Position numbers and translations under genes: made by a program
The notes under the pieces: generated by a model
Database searches by the model: none
What the model was told of the DNA's origin: nothing
Seen by the model: only the letters and a program-made list of their open reading frames with translations
Shown here: piece by piece, positions 36,230-49,176 of the stretch
Layout: each line of letters opens with the position of its first letter
Numbering within the stretch: the stretch's first letter is position 1
Assembly: GCA_973895155.1 (NCBI GenBank)
Contig: OZ316892.1
Span: forward strand, 30,931,802 to 30,995,801
Direction of reading: 5' to 3'
Source of the DNA: Marsupella aquatica
Lineage: Eukaryota > Plantae > Marchantiophyta
Length of the DNA: 64,000 nucleotides

Positions 36230-39031
36230 ATGGGGGAACCAGAGGCACGGCCAGACGAGAGGCCAGGGACCAGATTGAGCCAGCGGTCGCGCATACATTA
36301 CAAGGCATTTCATGGGAGAGGAGATGAGGATCCGGACGAATGGTTGGATGATTTCAAGGGAACCGCTGCAGCAAATGGAGAATCGGCCATCAAGATGCAG
36401 ATTCTTCCCGGCCTGTTCAAGGGTGAGGCTAGGCCTTGGTACAGAGCATTAGATGTGGAAGATCAAGCCATCTGGGATATCTTCAAAACACTCTTTGTTA
36501 AGGAGTTTCGACCAATTGGAACTTCAGAACTAGCAGTGCTGAAGTTGGGACGACTTCGGTTCAAGGAGAACAAATCCTTCAGGAAGTTCTTGCAACGCTT
36601 TCAGAAACTGGTAAGACGTACAAAGACCAATGCATCTGAAGGTATGCAACTTCAATGGTTGGTGAATGCTTTGCCACAGAAGATGAGTTTTGCAATTAGG
36701 AAGGAGAACCCGGAGACTTTAGCCGAAGCAATTAAGGATATTCAATTATACATTAATGCAGATATCACAAGCCGGAAGAAACAGCTTAAGTCTGAGAGTT
36801 CCTCATCAGAAGAGGGATCACCCCATAAGAAAAAAGATAAGAAGAAGAAACATTCTAAGAAGTCTAGAAGTGATAAGTCAAGCTCGGATAGTGGGAGTAG
36901 CAAGAGTGAGTCATCTTCTAGTTCTAAAGAAGAAAAAACTACCAAAAGGAAGGGCAGAAGGAGAGGGAAGACGAAAGTCAAGCTGGAGGCTAAGCCACCA
37001 GATAACATCGTAGCCCTTACCGAGCAACTTAAGACTATCATTGCAGAGGTAAAACCGAAGAAGAAGGTAGTACAGGAGGATAGCTCTGTATGGTGTGCCT
37101 TATGTTATAAAACCGGACACCATAAAGATGCGTGTCCTAAGCTTAATACTAATCATGTTCGGCATGTGGCCGAGATCAGACCATGTCAGGGAGAAGTAGA
37201 GTACTTTTTAGGAGATGCCGCTGATAGTATTTTCGGCATCAGTGAGACTGGAGCACGAGACCTATCCAACAGACCTGCATCTCTATGGTCAGGGTTAAGG
37301 AACAATCCAGGAGAGATGTATCCTCGGATTATTCAGAACCCGTCAGTACCTCCTAGGCCGAATGTGCAAAGATTTGCGGCGTGCTATAATTGTGGTCAAC
37401 CTGGCCATTTTGCTAGAGAATGCCCGAATGCACGCAAACAGGGTGATGGACAACCAACTCAGCTATGTATGGGATGCCGACAGGAAGGTCATATGCTAGG
37501 GCAATGTCCTACTTGGTTGGCAGGCCTGGCCGCAAATCATAAACTTTTGCCGGTCAAGATCTTACCGCCAGGTACTACCCCCGGAGGAGTTCAAATCAAC
37601 CACATCGAACTAGGATGGCAAGAGGATGCCGAGGCAGAGTTTGTACCATCTGATGATGAGGCCGAAGCCCTATCAACCTTCTCAGAGGAGGATTTAGATC
37701 ATGATTGCTACCGGGTCTCTACTCGATCTACCAGAAGGAAGGAAAGGTGGGATGGGCTGGCCAAAAATAAAGGGAAGGTTACGGAGGAAAAGATCGACTC
37801 TTCGTCAACATCAACGGAAGGAGAAGGGAGGGCTCCGGCAATACAGGTAAGCCATGAGCCCACCAGTGAACCCAATCCTTCACAAGATAGCGACTTCAAT
37901 CGAGATCATCCTAAGTTGTTCTACCCCTCTGTTACGGCTAGTGTTAAGGAACAACTAAGAGAATTAGAAACCCTGGAGAATACCGAAGCCATTGCCAAGG
38001 ATGTAAAACGAGCAAAAGCATTGTTTGCTTCGGAGGACCCAACAGCTGTGGAGACTAGCGTGGCAAAACTGGCCGAATCCAAGACGGAGACACCACCAGA
38101 GGAGAAGCCGATTGTTCCCTATGACCTGGCTAAAGATGTACTAGAATCTAGAGTCTCGGCAACAGTAGGTCAACTATTGAAAAATAGCCCGTACTTCCAG
38201 AAGCAATTAAGGAAGGCTATTCTCGGCAAGCCGAGATTACCCAAGGTAGCAACCAGATCCGACGTACTAATGATAGAAGAAGATCAAGGAGCCCCAGGAT
38301 TACCATTAATGATTCAAGGAGAATTATTACTACGGGTATCCATCGATGGAGGATCAGGGGTATGTATTATGATTGATTCAACAGCAAAAGGGTGGGGTCT
38401 AACACCGAAGATGACTGGAAGAGTGTTGAACATGGCCAATGGATATCAGGTCATTCCCACAGGAGTATTAACCGGCATCAAGACAGAGATAGGAGGTATC
38501 TTCTTTAGCATTAACTATGTAGTAATGAAGCCGGTAAATCCTACGTCATTCCGGCTATTGATTGGTAGGCCATGGCTGTACCTAGCCGAGGTAATAGAAG
38601 ATTGGGGTAAAAAGTAGTTCACTTTCGGGACCCCCTCTATCACGGTATCCTGGGACACTAAGGATGACCGTAGGAAAAGCATAAGGGAAGTAGATGGGTA
38701 CGATAGTGGACTGGAGTCAGCCGATGAAGTACGTTGGTTAGAATGCCTCACTGACCTAACCGAAGAAAGTGTCTTTGGACCAGAGGTACCCCCCAGCGGA
38801 TTATGGCAAGAACCAATGGAAGGTGACTTGGAAGAAGAAGACGAAGAGGTCAAGGACTGCTTTACAATAGAATCCACCTTTTTAGCTGCAATTCCGGAGG
38901 AAGTAAAGGATGTAGACCAATTGGATGAAACGGCTAAGTGGGGAGCAGTAGCAGGGACAGTGGATTTTCTGCAGGCGTTGTGGCAGAGCCGGCAGGGTTC
39001 ACAACGCCATCGATCATCGGCAAGGAATTAA
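36230..39031 (+). pseudogene. gag: Gag-protease of B (one TAG at 38615, probably from CAG)
   Basis: IHYKAFHG..DPDEWL, three CCHC knuckles, IDGGSGVCIM, LLIGRPWL. ORF 38816-39031 is in the same frame. Confidence 0.9.
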
Positions 39032-42000
39032 ATACCAAGGGATCGGCATACAAGCCGATTACGAGGGCAGAACAAATTGAGGCCCTATTAGAAGCCGAGA
39101 GAGCACAGCGACCTGACTCTCAGGAGCAAGAGGTGGATGAGATGGACAGACACAATCCAGAGCCAAGGCAGGAAGGGGAGCCGACCACCAATTCAAAACC
39201 GAATAGACCGGCAGGGGGACGATCTATGGACACCAAGGAAGGGACCGACTCGGCTAGTCCAGCCGAGATTCCAGTTTATGGAGGTATGCGATTGGAGAGA
39301 CTGGAAGCCGAACTGGACCCGAATTTGAAGAAGCAGATTAATATGATCCAAGCACGGCAATATCGGAAGCTCGACTTAGGAGAGGGAAGAGAACTGAACT
39401 TAGGGAGAAACCTAGCACCTGAGCTTGAGAAAGAGATCAGTGACTTATTGATTGAATTTCAGGATGTGTTTGCATGGAGTCACCAAGATCTAAAGGGAGT
39501 AAATCCAACACTAGGGGAACATCGAATTGATCTCATGTTAGGAGCCAAATCATTTCGACAACCAATTCGAAGGATGAACCCAAAGTATTCCCTGCTGGTC
39601 AAAACAGAAATCGACAAACTAGTGGAAGCTGGATTCATCACTCCAGTCCTGCATTCAGACTGGGTGTCTCCAATTGTGATAGTTCCCAAGAAAGCTGGAC
39701 CCGATGGTAAACCCAAGATCCAGGTTTGTCAGGATTACAGGAAGCTGAATGAAGCAACATTAAAAGACCATTTTCCTTTACCATTTATTGATATGGTACT
39801 AGACATGGTAGCCAGTCATGAACTATATTCATTCATGGATGGATACTCTGGTTATAACCAAATCAGGATTTGGCAGGAAGACCAAATCAAGACGGCCTTC
39901 ATCACGGAATGGGGGATCTATGTCTTCAATCGTATGCCGTTTGGACTCTGCAACGCACCAGCTATGTTTCAACGATTAATGGTGAACATTTTTCATGATT
40001 ACTTGAGAAAGTTCATGGAAATCTTCATTGATGACTTTGCAGTATTCGGGAAGGCATCGAAACATGCTAAATACCTCAGGAAAACCTTCATGAGATGTAG
40101 AGAGGTGGGTCTCAAGTTACACCCAGATAAATGTTTCTTTGCAGTAACCGAGGGGGTGCTACTAGGTCACAAGGTATCAAGGAAGGGCATTGAGATTGAC
40201 AAAGGTAAGCTAGCAATATGGCTAGATATCATGCAACCTAAGAACATAAAGGATGTAAGATCCTTCTTGGGATGCATTGGTTACTATCGCCGGTTCATCA
40301 AGGATTTTGCCAAGCTAGCTTTACCATTAACCAACATGCTCAAGGCAGGAGCAGACTTCGAACCCACACCCGAACGAGTCACAGCGGTGGTAGAATTGAA
40401 GCAGATGTTAGTAGAGGCCCCAGTCATGATAGCACCGGACTGGAACAAAGATTTTCATGTTTTTGTAGATGTCTCGGGCTTCTGTATCGGCTCAGTACTA
40501 AGTCAGTTGGATGAGAAAGGAAGGGACCATCCCATATACTTTGCAAGCCGTCAGCTTGTCGATGCCGAACGGAACTACTCCACCACAGAGAGAGAAGCAT
40601 TAGGAGTCATTTATTCTTGTAAAAAGTTTAGGCATTATTTACTAGGGTACAAGGTAATCTTTCATACCGATCATGAAAGTTTGAAGTACCTAGTCAATAA
40701 GCCGGACCTTACAGGCAGAGTAGCAAGATGGATTTTGCTATTACAGGAGTTTGACTATGAGCTAAGGATCAAGCCGGGAAAGTTACACGCCAATGCCGAC
40801 TTCTTTTCAAGGATCACAGGTAAACCTGCCACGGATTGCATCGATGATCGATTCCCCGACGAGGAGCTATTCGTTGTGGAAATGGCTGATACATGGTACC
40901 CTGAGATTTTACAATTTCTCAGCACTTCCAGATTACAGCCAGGATTAAGCCGAGAGCAAGCCGCAGTCTTTGTGCAGAAGGTCAGACAGTATCAGTGCAT
41001 TAAAGGCATACTGCACAAGCATGGAATCAACGGCACGATTCAAAGGTGTTTGGAAAAGGGAGAGGTAAAACGAGTCCTACGGGCCATGCATGGAGAGGAG
41101 GCCGGAGGACATTTTGCCCCAGTAACCACGTCTAAGAAGATATTAAATGCCGGTTACTGGTGGCCCACCTTGCACAAGGATGTCTATCAGTTTATCAAAC
41201 AATGCGATCCTTGTCAACGGGCGGGAGGACCAAGGGCGTCCACCAGACATCCACTGCACCCTATTCTACCTCTGGCACCATTCGAGAAGTGGGGTATTGA
41301 TTACATTGGACCTCTGAAACCACTGACCCACCCTCGACGGAACAAGTACATAATCCTGGCTACAGATTATGCAACTAAATGGGTAGAGGCCAGACCAACA
41401 ACGAAGGATGATGCAATTACTACGGCTAGATTCATGTATGAGCAGATCTTCACCAGGTATGGAGCACCCCTAGAATTAGTTAGTGATAGAGGAACCCATT
41501 TTTTGAATGATATAATTAGTCGTTTAAATGAGCAGTATTTAGTTAGACATAGGCCTACTACTCCCTACCATCCAAAGGCAAATGGGTTGACAGAACGAGC
41601 AAACGGAATTATAGGAAAGATATTGAACAAGACAGTAGCTCAGAACAAACTCGATTGGGATGATAAATTGTTTGCTGCTGTTTTTGCTTACAATCTTGCC
41701 TATAAATCCACTACCGGTCATACACCTTTCTTCTTAACCTTTGGACAAGAAGCCCTGGTACCCATGCAATTGAGATACCGACATTTCAAGTTACAATTGA
41801 GGAAAGAGCCTCAGCGGAGGAGAGCCTAAAGGAGCGAGAATATAGGTTAGAAGCTTTAGAGGAGGCGAGAATGATTTCAGCCGAGAGAGTAGAATATAGA
41901 CAGAATATCATGAAGCAGCAGTATGATAAAAAGTTGAAAGTAGTTAGTATTCACACCGGTGATCTTGTGCTACTTTATGATAGTAGGTATAGTAGGTTTC

Positions 42001-42203
42001 CAGGAAAGCTTTACACTCGCTGGTTAGGACCCTTTAGAGTAACCATGATGTTCCCCAATGGCTCCGTACAATTGGCCAACATTACGGGAGAGGTATATCC
42101 AGTTCGCATCCATTATGACCGCCTCAAGAAATACTATATGGACGAAGATGAAGTTGTTCGCGAGGACGCTTCACAATTAAGTGGGGAGCTATGTGATGCC
42201 TAG
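38962..42203 (+). pseudogene. pol: Pol of B (RT-RH-INT); frameshift near 41770 in the INT C-terminus
   Basis: WVSPIVIVPKK, DGYSGYNQI, FIDDF, WGIDYIGP, SDRGTHF, WLGPF. The stop codon lies inside the 3' LTR. Confidence 0.93.
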
Positions 42204-45200
42204 ACAGGAATCACTCGGCCAGTTAAGTGGGTAAAGCAGGAAGGCACCCTAGGAACACCTTAGTATAGGGACAAAACAAGGAAAATATAAACCATTAGGG
42301 GCAACCATGGAACCCGGGCCGAGGCCGGAGGTAAGGACGCTGAGGGTGAAAACTCGATTAGGGTTAGGGCGCGTTAAGCGTCGGCGGCTAGGAAGGATCA
42401 ACGGGAAGAAGGACCGGCAGAAGAGAGGGGTAAGGAGCGCTTGCAGGAGATGGTGGCTCATTTGCGAGCACGAACTAGGCAGACGACTACGGGAGGCCAA
42501 CTACTGTCAGCTGCTTAGGCAAGCACTCGGGGGGAGAGTAGATACCGACGATCGACCTAAGGAGGGTATGAGCAACGTCAATCAAGCGGCACATTTCTAG
42601 GGATGCTTGTTCGAACGGGCAACTGAGTACATCAAGACTTACGAGGACGAGGAATCAGAAAGGGCAGCTCGAGAACGACAGGAGCTCGCTCGATTGTGGG
42701 AGCTGTGCAAGACGGCTTTCTTAGGAGGCGAACTCATCAAGGACGAGTTCCTGTGGACGCCTACCTCCAATCAACTCGACGATCTTCTGTTTTGCAAAGA
42801 CAGCGTCGTCGGCATCCGAGAGGCCATCAAGAACTGCAACGACATACACTGGGAATTAAAGGGTAGCACGGAAAGGTGGACCCAGGCAACGGTGCTAGGA
42901 GAAACCTCCACAGCAGCAGAGATGAAAAGGAAGGGAGCCGTCAACGATGAAGCCACCCCGGCAAAAAGAACGAGGTCGGCGGCACCAAAGAAGCCAGCCG
43001 AGCAGCAGAGCAGGAGGCAGGGAGAAGCCGAAGAGGAGGAGGTCGATCCCATCAAGGCCATTCCAACCAGGGATGACACCTGGAAGGGCTGGGCGGCAAC
43101 CCTACCGGTGGACGTGCAACTACATTTTGCACGGGAGGAGGATGCATGCTTTACGGCAATGCAGACCAAGAAGTATCAAGGCTTCATGGCCGGATCCGGC
43201 TTAGAGGCCTTTGTAAGATTACCATGGCTGAAGCCGGAGGTACCGGAGTCAGACCTATTAGAATTCGTGGGGTCATGGGAACCCGAGACCAATTGCACGA
43301 GGATATATGGGAAGGATTTCTATCTTACTCCCAAGGTAATTGCCGAAGTGTTTGGCTTGCCGATAGGCAATAAGACCAAAGTTGATACCAGGAAGACCTT
43401 GCCTGACAAGGAGTTCCGGTCGTTCCCCGGGCCATCAACGAAGAATGGTTTCTTCCGGAACACCTGCACCAACCCGCACATAGGAGAGATGATCGACTTC
43501 TTGCGGGTGGCCATGCATTGTAACTTGCCGAGGGCAGAGATCGGCAAGGCACAGGTCTATCTGGCAGAAAGGCCAGACCCAAGCCGGGACTACAACGGGT
43601 ACCTCCTCAACCAATTGAAGAAGATCTTAAAGGAGGAGCAGCAGGTAATCGGCATGGGGAGCGTGTCGCGGCTTGGCTATCACATGCCGCTGTTGTGCCG
43701 GTATGCCAGAGGTCAGACTTTTGCCCCAGTACTTCCCCTGCAGGTAAGGGCACCCGAGGAAGCTCCAACGCCGAGGCCATTGGCTGAGAAGCCTCAACCA
43801 CCTGTTAGCCCTACGATCGAGCAGGTGTTTAGACCCAGGAAGGAGGACTTGCCGATGCAGCAACCAGGCATGCAGAGTCTGCTAAAACTACTGGAGAAAG
43901 AAAAGAAATCGGCATCGGCAACAACAACGGCAACGGCAACAATGCAGGACACTACTACAGAGGTAGGCCTACACCGGCTCACAAGAGAAAACCCCTTTGC
44001 TGGAGACAAGGAGAGAATCAGGCCGGAATCCAAGCCAGGTGTTCGAATGTATGTGGGAGTCTCAAGCTCTGAATCTGAGGCAGAATTGCCTGAAGCTCCT
44101 ACCGACGAAGAGGAGAGGGAGAAGCCGGACGTCCAAGAAGTAGAGGAGGCAGTGGAGGACTGCAGCCATGATAATTCCGGCTATGGGTCGGACCATCACG
44201 TTCCAGGAGTAAGGACCTGTGGCCGGTTTGTCCCCACACTTCCAAGGGTAGTGCGAGGGGACCCCAACCAGCAGAGTAGCCCTGAGTCTCCCCCACCAGA
44301 TGTTGCTCCCCCGAGCTTCGACGGCATAAAACAGACGGTGCAGGAATTTCAGGAGCGAATCAGGAAGGAAGAGGAGGCAGCCCTGGCTAGGGAAAAGGAT
44401 TTACCAGGAGGAGATTGGCCGGAGGACATCAGGCGGCTAGCCAAAAAAGAAAGCAAACCTCTAGCCACGATTGAAGAGATCCGCAAGACGGCTTGGGAGC
44501 AGAGGCCGCGATGGGCGATGCCGATCACTTCTACTTACTCCACCTACGCTAAGAATAGAGCCATGGAGTATGGTGAGATGTGTGGGGAACTTGCACTCGG
44601 CATCTTTGGAGAGGAGTTGGAGGTAGGACCCTTTTTCCATAGGGAGCAGTTGGAGAAGCACCAATTAGAAGAAGCGGTGGCTTTAGAGAGAAGCAAGAAG
44701 GACGAGGTCATTCGGCGGCTTAGGAGGATGGAAGCCGAGATTGAAGATCTAAGGGCGGCCAAGAAAGCCCAAGATGAACTGCGGATTAAACGGCATGAGC
44801 TGAACATCATGCAGGGGCAGTTGGACACCGCGTAGGCTGAGAATCAGAATATCAAGGATAAACTGACTCAGACGCAGGGAGAGTTGGCCGACACGATCAA
44901 AGAGAGGGAGAAGTGGAAGCAAGAGCTGAAGAATACAGAGGAGGCCCACATAACAGCCAACAGCCGGGCCATGGCGGAGACCCAAAGAAAGGAATGGGCG
45001 TTGAAGGGGGAGCTCGAGAAAATCCGCGGAGCCCTTGAGCAGAAGGAGGCCGAGTTAGGGAAATCCTATCAAGGGATTATGGCGCTGCAGCAGGAGCTTG
45101 CGTCCCTGACGGCCAGCTTCAAGGCCGACCTAAGGGAGAAGGATGAGATGCTCGATCAGACTTACGCCAAGATGAACCAGATGGAGTCTGTCATCATTGC

Positions 45201-46842
45201 AGAGCTCGACAAGGAGCTAAGAGCAACCCGGGAGGAGAGGACTACCTTGAAACAAGAACGGGAGGAAGCCCAGAAGGAACTAGAGGAGGCACGCAAGGAC
45301 CTAGATGAGACCCAGGAGGAGTTGGAGGAAATCACGAGGAAGATGGAGAACCTCCAGCGGCGGGCCGACAACCAAACGGAGCGGCTGAAGAAACAAGCCG
45401 CAGTATTTAAGTGCTTGTCTTCATCAGGCCCAACTCCAATTGGGGCAACCAAGTTACCAGGAGTGGTACTGGCCGAAGAAAAATCCGCGCCACCTACACC
45501 AGTGCCGGAAGTAAGTGGGAAGGGGAAGGGACCAGCTGCCGAACCAGAAAAGAAGAAAAAGCGGAAACCTTCAGGGTCAAGGAGTAATCCGACTCCACAA
45601 GCCGTGGTGACCAGGGAGGTAGAACCAGCACCATCCTCCGGCATGAATACGGCAATAGATCCCGCTATCATCACAGGTGGGGGTGGTGCGGCCCAAGCCG
45701 AACTACTCAGTAATGAGGCCGGTATTCCAGATCCGCCTCTTGAGCAGGCCGGGGAGACCATAGCCGAGGCTGAGGCCGTAACCAATTCCCGAGCCGATGC
45801 CGACGCCGATGGTGGACCCAGTCAGGCCGATGGAGAGTTGACTCAGTCAAGGGCAGGTAATCTATCAGAGAATGAACCTACGGCAGTGGCTGAGGAGGAA
45901 GCGTTGGGGGCGTCCATTAAGGATCCTCCACCGGTGTCGTGACGGCGCAAGGGCGCCGTTCCTTTTAGGGAGGGCGGACGTGGAGGGAGGAGGCATGAGT
46001 GGGCAGGGCGGGCGCTGATCTCCAAGTTTAGGATTAGGATCAGGACCAGGAGCGGCCCTGACACTTAGCTTAGTGGGATTGCGGTTCCACTGGTAGGAGC
46101 AACACTTGTGCTCCTGCCTCGCTGTACATAGGTAGATTACGGTCAGGTTAGATTAGGCTTACGCTGCAAGGAATTGGGCGGATCCAGTGCCAGGATAAGT
46201 ACCTGGGCAACGGGGAGCTCAGGGCCTCTTCTTTAGCAAGTTTTTAGTTTGCACCAGCCGGGCTGGGATCAAGTAGTACGAGAAGCTCTTGGTTAGTCAT
46301 ACAGTGACCCTTGTGTATATTCATGTTTTCTCATGCCTAAGAGCTGAATAGAGTTGGCCTCACGGCTTAGTTCGCAGAGCTTGTGTATGAGATGTACTGT
46401 TTGTATGGCAAGTGCATGGTATGACTCAGTCAGAATGAGTCATTTTGCTATTTGTGTGTCGCATTAACTTGTGTGAAGAGTGCCCACATCAACCAAAAGG
46501 AAGGAAAGTAAGCAGGGGAGTGAGAGTTGGATGTGTCGAGCTGAGAGAGTCTCAGCGGCTTAACCAAGCCTATTGGGGATCATTCCGGCGGCGGAATCCA
46601 AACATACCTAACAAGACGGAGGGGAAGACAGGGGAAGGCCTAGATTAGGCCGGCTACGTATCTCATGATCCGATGAAGGATCTGTCCAGTATATGTGTGT
46701 AAAATGTTAACAGTAGTAGTAGAAGGTTAGCAGCGTCCCATGCCGCTAAGCCGCAGAAACGGCCTCGCCAAGCGCGAAACCTGCGGGAATCGGCTTGAGC
46801 TGGGGGGTTTCTTGGGTTTAGGGAGCCATGGGACGCACCACA
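42192..46842 (+). repeat. 3' LTR of B (4651 bp)
   Basis: Follows the PPT ttaagtggggagcta; repeat of 31327-35968; followed by the TSD. Confidence 0.97.
42307..45942 (+). pseudogene. LTR-encoded accessory protein, 3' LTR copy (1211 codons; TAG at 42598 and 44833)
   Basis: ORFs 42307-42600, 42607-44835 and 44884-45942 are in one frame; the stops correspond to TGG and CAG in the 5' copy. Confidence 0.88.
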
Positions 46843-47871
46843 CTGGCTCACCCACATACTTAACCTGATGACTCTTAATGGCTTTGGGAAGATCTGGACA
46901 TTCCCTCTTTTGATGCTCCTTTGAGTCACACCACATACATGACCAATTTGTAGCTCGACTTGGACCTGCCCTATCACCTTCTCGTGGTCCTGATTTTGGA
47001 CTAGACACTTGTTTAGACAACAAGTTTAGACTCTCAAGGATCTTGGCCAAGTTAGATGGCTCTAGCACCTTCTCATCTTTGGAAGGCTCTTCCTTTGCTT
47101 TCCCCTTACCTGCCTTAGATGGAGCAGCTGTTGGCTTACAACAGCCTCATCATCCAAGGCTCTATCTCTTCGCCTCTCAGAAATGATCTCAACAGCTTCT
47201 TCCACATGACTCCAATCTACCTTAGACCTTCTACGAGGGTTAACAATGTCAATTGCATACTCAAGTTCATCCCTAAGCCTCTTATCAGCTGAACACAAAA
47301 ATAGGGACACCTTTTGCAGGGAAAGGAATTCAAGGTCAGTAGAAGGCAATTGTCCAAGTTTTCTCTTGAATTCCAAGAGAAGCTCCTATGGCCCCAACCC
47401 CTTGTTCCTCTCACAAATCCAGTCCAAAAAGGTACCCTCAGTCATCCTCTCAGAATCAGACATCAAAAATCGATGCTTCATCTTCTTAACAAACTCTTCC
47501 CACTCATTCTCCTCTTCAAGGCCAAACCCTAGCCTTGAAACCACATCCTTCAACTCAGGCTCAACAAGAGTTGAAAACTCCAAAACAGCAGTAGCTTGGT
47601 CAATTTTAAAAACCTCAACTTGTCTTCAATATATTCTCAAATACCTGGTTACATCTTTGCCCTTGAACTCTCCTTCACTAGAAAGGACAGCTTGTAGACA
47701 CTTAGTAACCCTATCCTCTAGAACCTTTTCATTCTTTTCCCTTCTACCAACATCCTCTCTTCTACTCTCATCCCTTCTCAAAGCTGATTGAATAGCTATG
47801 AAAAGATCAGAAAGCTCCTGAACACTCCTCATATTAACTGATCCACTAGTGGGCTCCTCTTCATTTGCCAT
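46843..47871 (-). pseudogene. gag: Gag N-terminal part of F, with stops
   Basis: GEFKGKDVTRYLRIY and knuckle CMWCDSKEHQKREC; continues at 31326. Confidence 0.8.
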
Positions 47872-48921
47872 TGTAGCTCCTGCCTAGTCTCTTGATAGCT
47901 ATACGAGTTATGGAAGACCTAACAACTCACGGGATGAATCCTCTTCCTATAACCTCCCTATGCCACCCTTTTGACTGGTCAAACACCCCACAACAGCCAA
48001 GGACCCTTCCCAATAGCAAATCATTCATATATCTTCATCATCATAACTTCCAAGCAACAACACAAGGCTTGTAATGATCGACAAGCATTGAAACAAGGAA
48101 CACCTCATCCAAGGTAAGAGTAAGAGCTCTTACCTAATTTTGAATCACTCTTATCAAAAACACAACATAAACATCACCTTCTCCATGCTCTAGGGTATCA
48201 AACTCAGGTTTCATCAACAATCATCAATCAGAATTCAAAATAACAACAACTAGGGCAAAAGTAAGACCTCCTACCTGGTTTTGGCCTCCATTTTGTCCCA
48301 CTTTCGAACCTGCATCTCCTCATGGGTATTTCAAACAAGAATCCATCAAACAAAGAGCATTTTTGCATACACTCAATGGACAAGTTACTCCTTAATATGC
48401 TCAATCTTAGCTCAGATTACTCCAAGTACCACAATAATGCTGGAACATGCAACCCAAAGGGAGGGCAAGTCCAACTGCATACTTGAAAGCCATCGGCCAG
48501 ACTTCACAATCAAGGAGTAATACATACAACCTCTTCTCTCATACCAAAATATATAGTTCAAGCTTCCCAATGGAATGCCCACAAGCCCAAGTCCAACGTT
48601 TGATTGATCACCATCCCTTTTCCAACACTTGATTGCTCACAATCCCTTGCTACCAATGAAGGCGCACAAGTTCAGGTTTACATTTGTTTGTGGTCAAGTT
48701 CAGGGTCACCCTCGTTTGTTGTCAAGGCAAGTGGAACACCCAACGGCAAGCAAGGCAAATCTATTCATAGTTCAATCATTCCAACTTCTGAATCTTAATA
48801 AAAGTGCATACAAGCAACCAGATCCCACATTAGGGTTAGCAACTTGTTAGCATAATGATTAGTAGAATTCACAATATAGCTACTATCTCAAGACCTATTT
48901 TCTCCAGTATGGTTGCCAACT

Positions 48922-49024
48922 TGTCCTGAGGATAAGCAAAGAGGTGGGAAAGGGCCTCAAGGGACACGCAGGGTGTATGGCTGCTTGAGATAGGAAACGG
49001 TTGCAAACAAGACAAAGTATCTAC
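48922..49024 (-). repeat. Remnant of the F 5' LTR (PBS-proximal end), with a PBS-like TGGCAACCATACTGGAGA at 48901-48918
   Basis: 103-bp match to 23992-24094 with one mismatch, then abrupt divergence. Confidence 0.8.
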
Positions 49025-49176
49025 CCTAACCTTTCATCCACATCATCACAAGCAAGCAAGCATGCTTTTGAAACTCAAGCCATTTACATACTCATATCCA
49101 ATCACAATCAAAATAACTAGTTCAAGCTTCCCAATGTAATCCTCACAAGTCTAAGCCCAACTGTGGGATGGCTCAG

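Larger units (their letters stand above)
31327..46842 (+). mobile_element. Complete Ty3/gypsy element B (15.5 kb) with 4.65-kb gene-carrying LTRs
   Basis: TSD CTGGC (31322-31326 and 46843-46847); LTRs 31327-35968 and 42192-46842 (TGTG...CACA); PBS 35973-35990; PPT ~42177-42191; gag-PR-RT-RH-INT between. Confidence 0.97.
23992..49024 (-). mobile_element. Ty3/gypsy element F, interrupted by B
   Basis: 3' LTR 23992-26046 (TGTC...GACA), PPT at ~26047-26058, pol, split gag, PBS-like 48901-48918, and a 103-bp LTR copy at 48922-49024. Confidence 0.85.

Noticed and set aside
31327-46842. The 4.6-kb duplication as an assembly artefact or segmental duplication
   Set aside because: About 1% divergence together with TSD, PBS, PPT and TG..CA ends show real LTRs.
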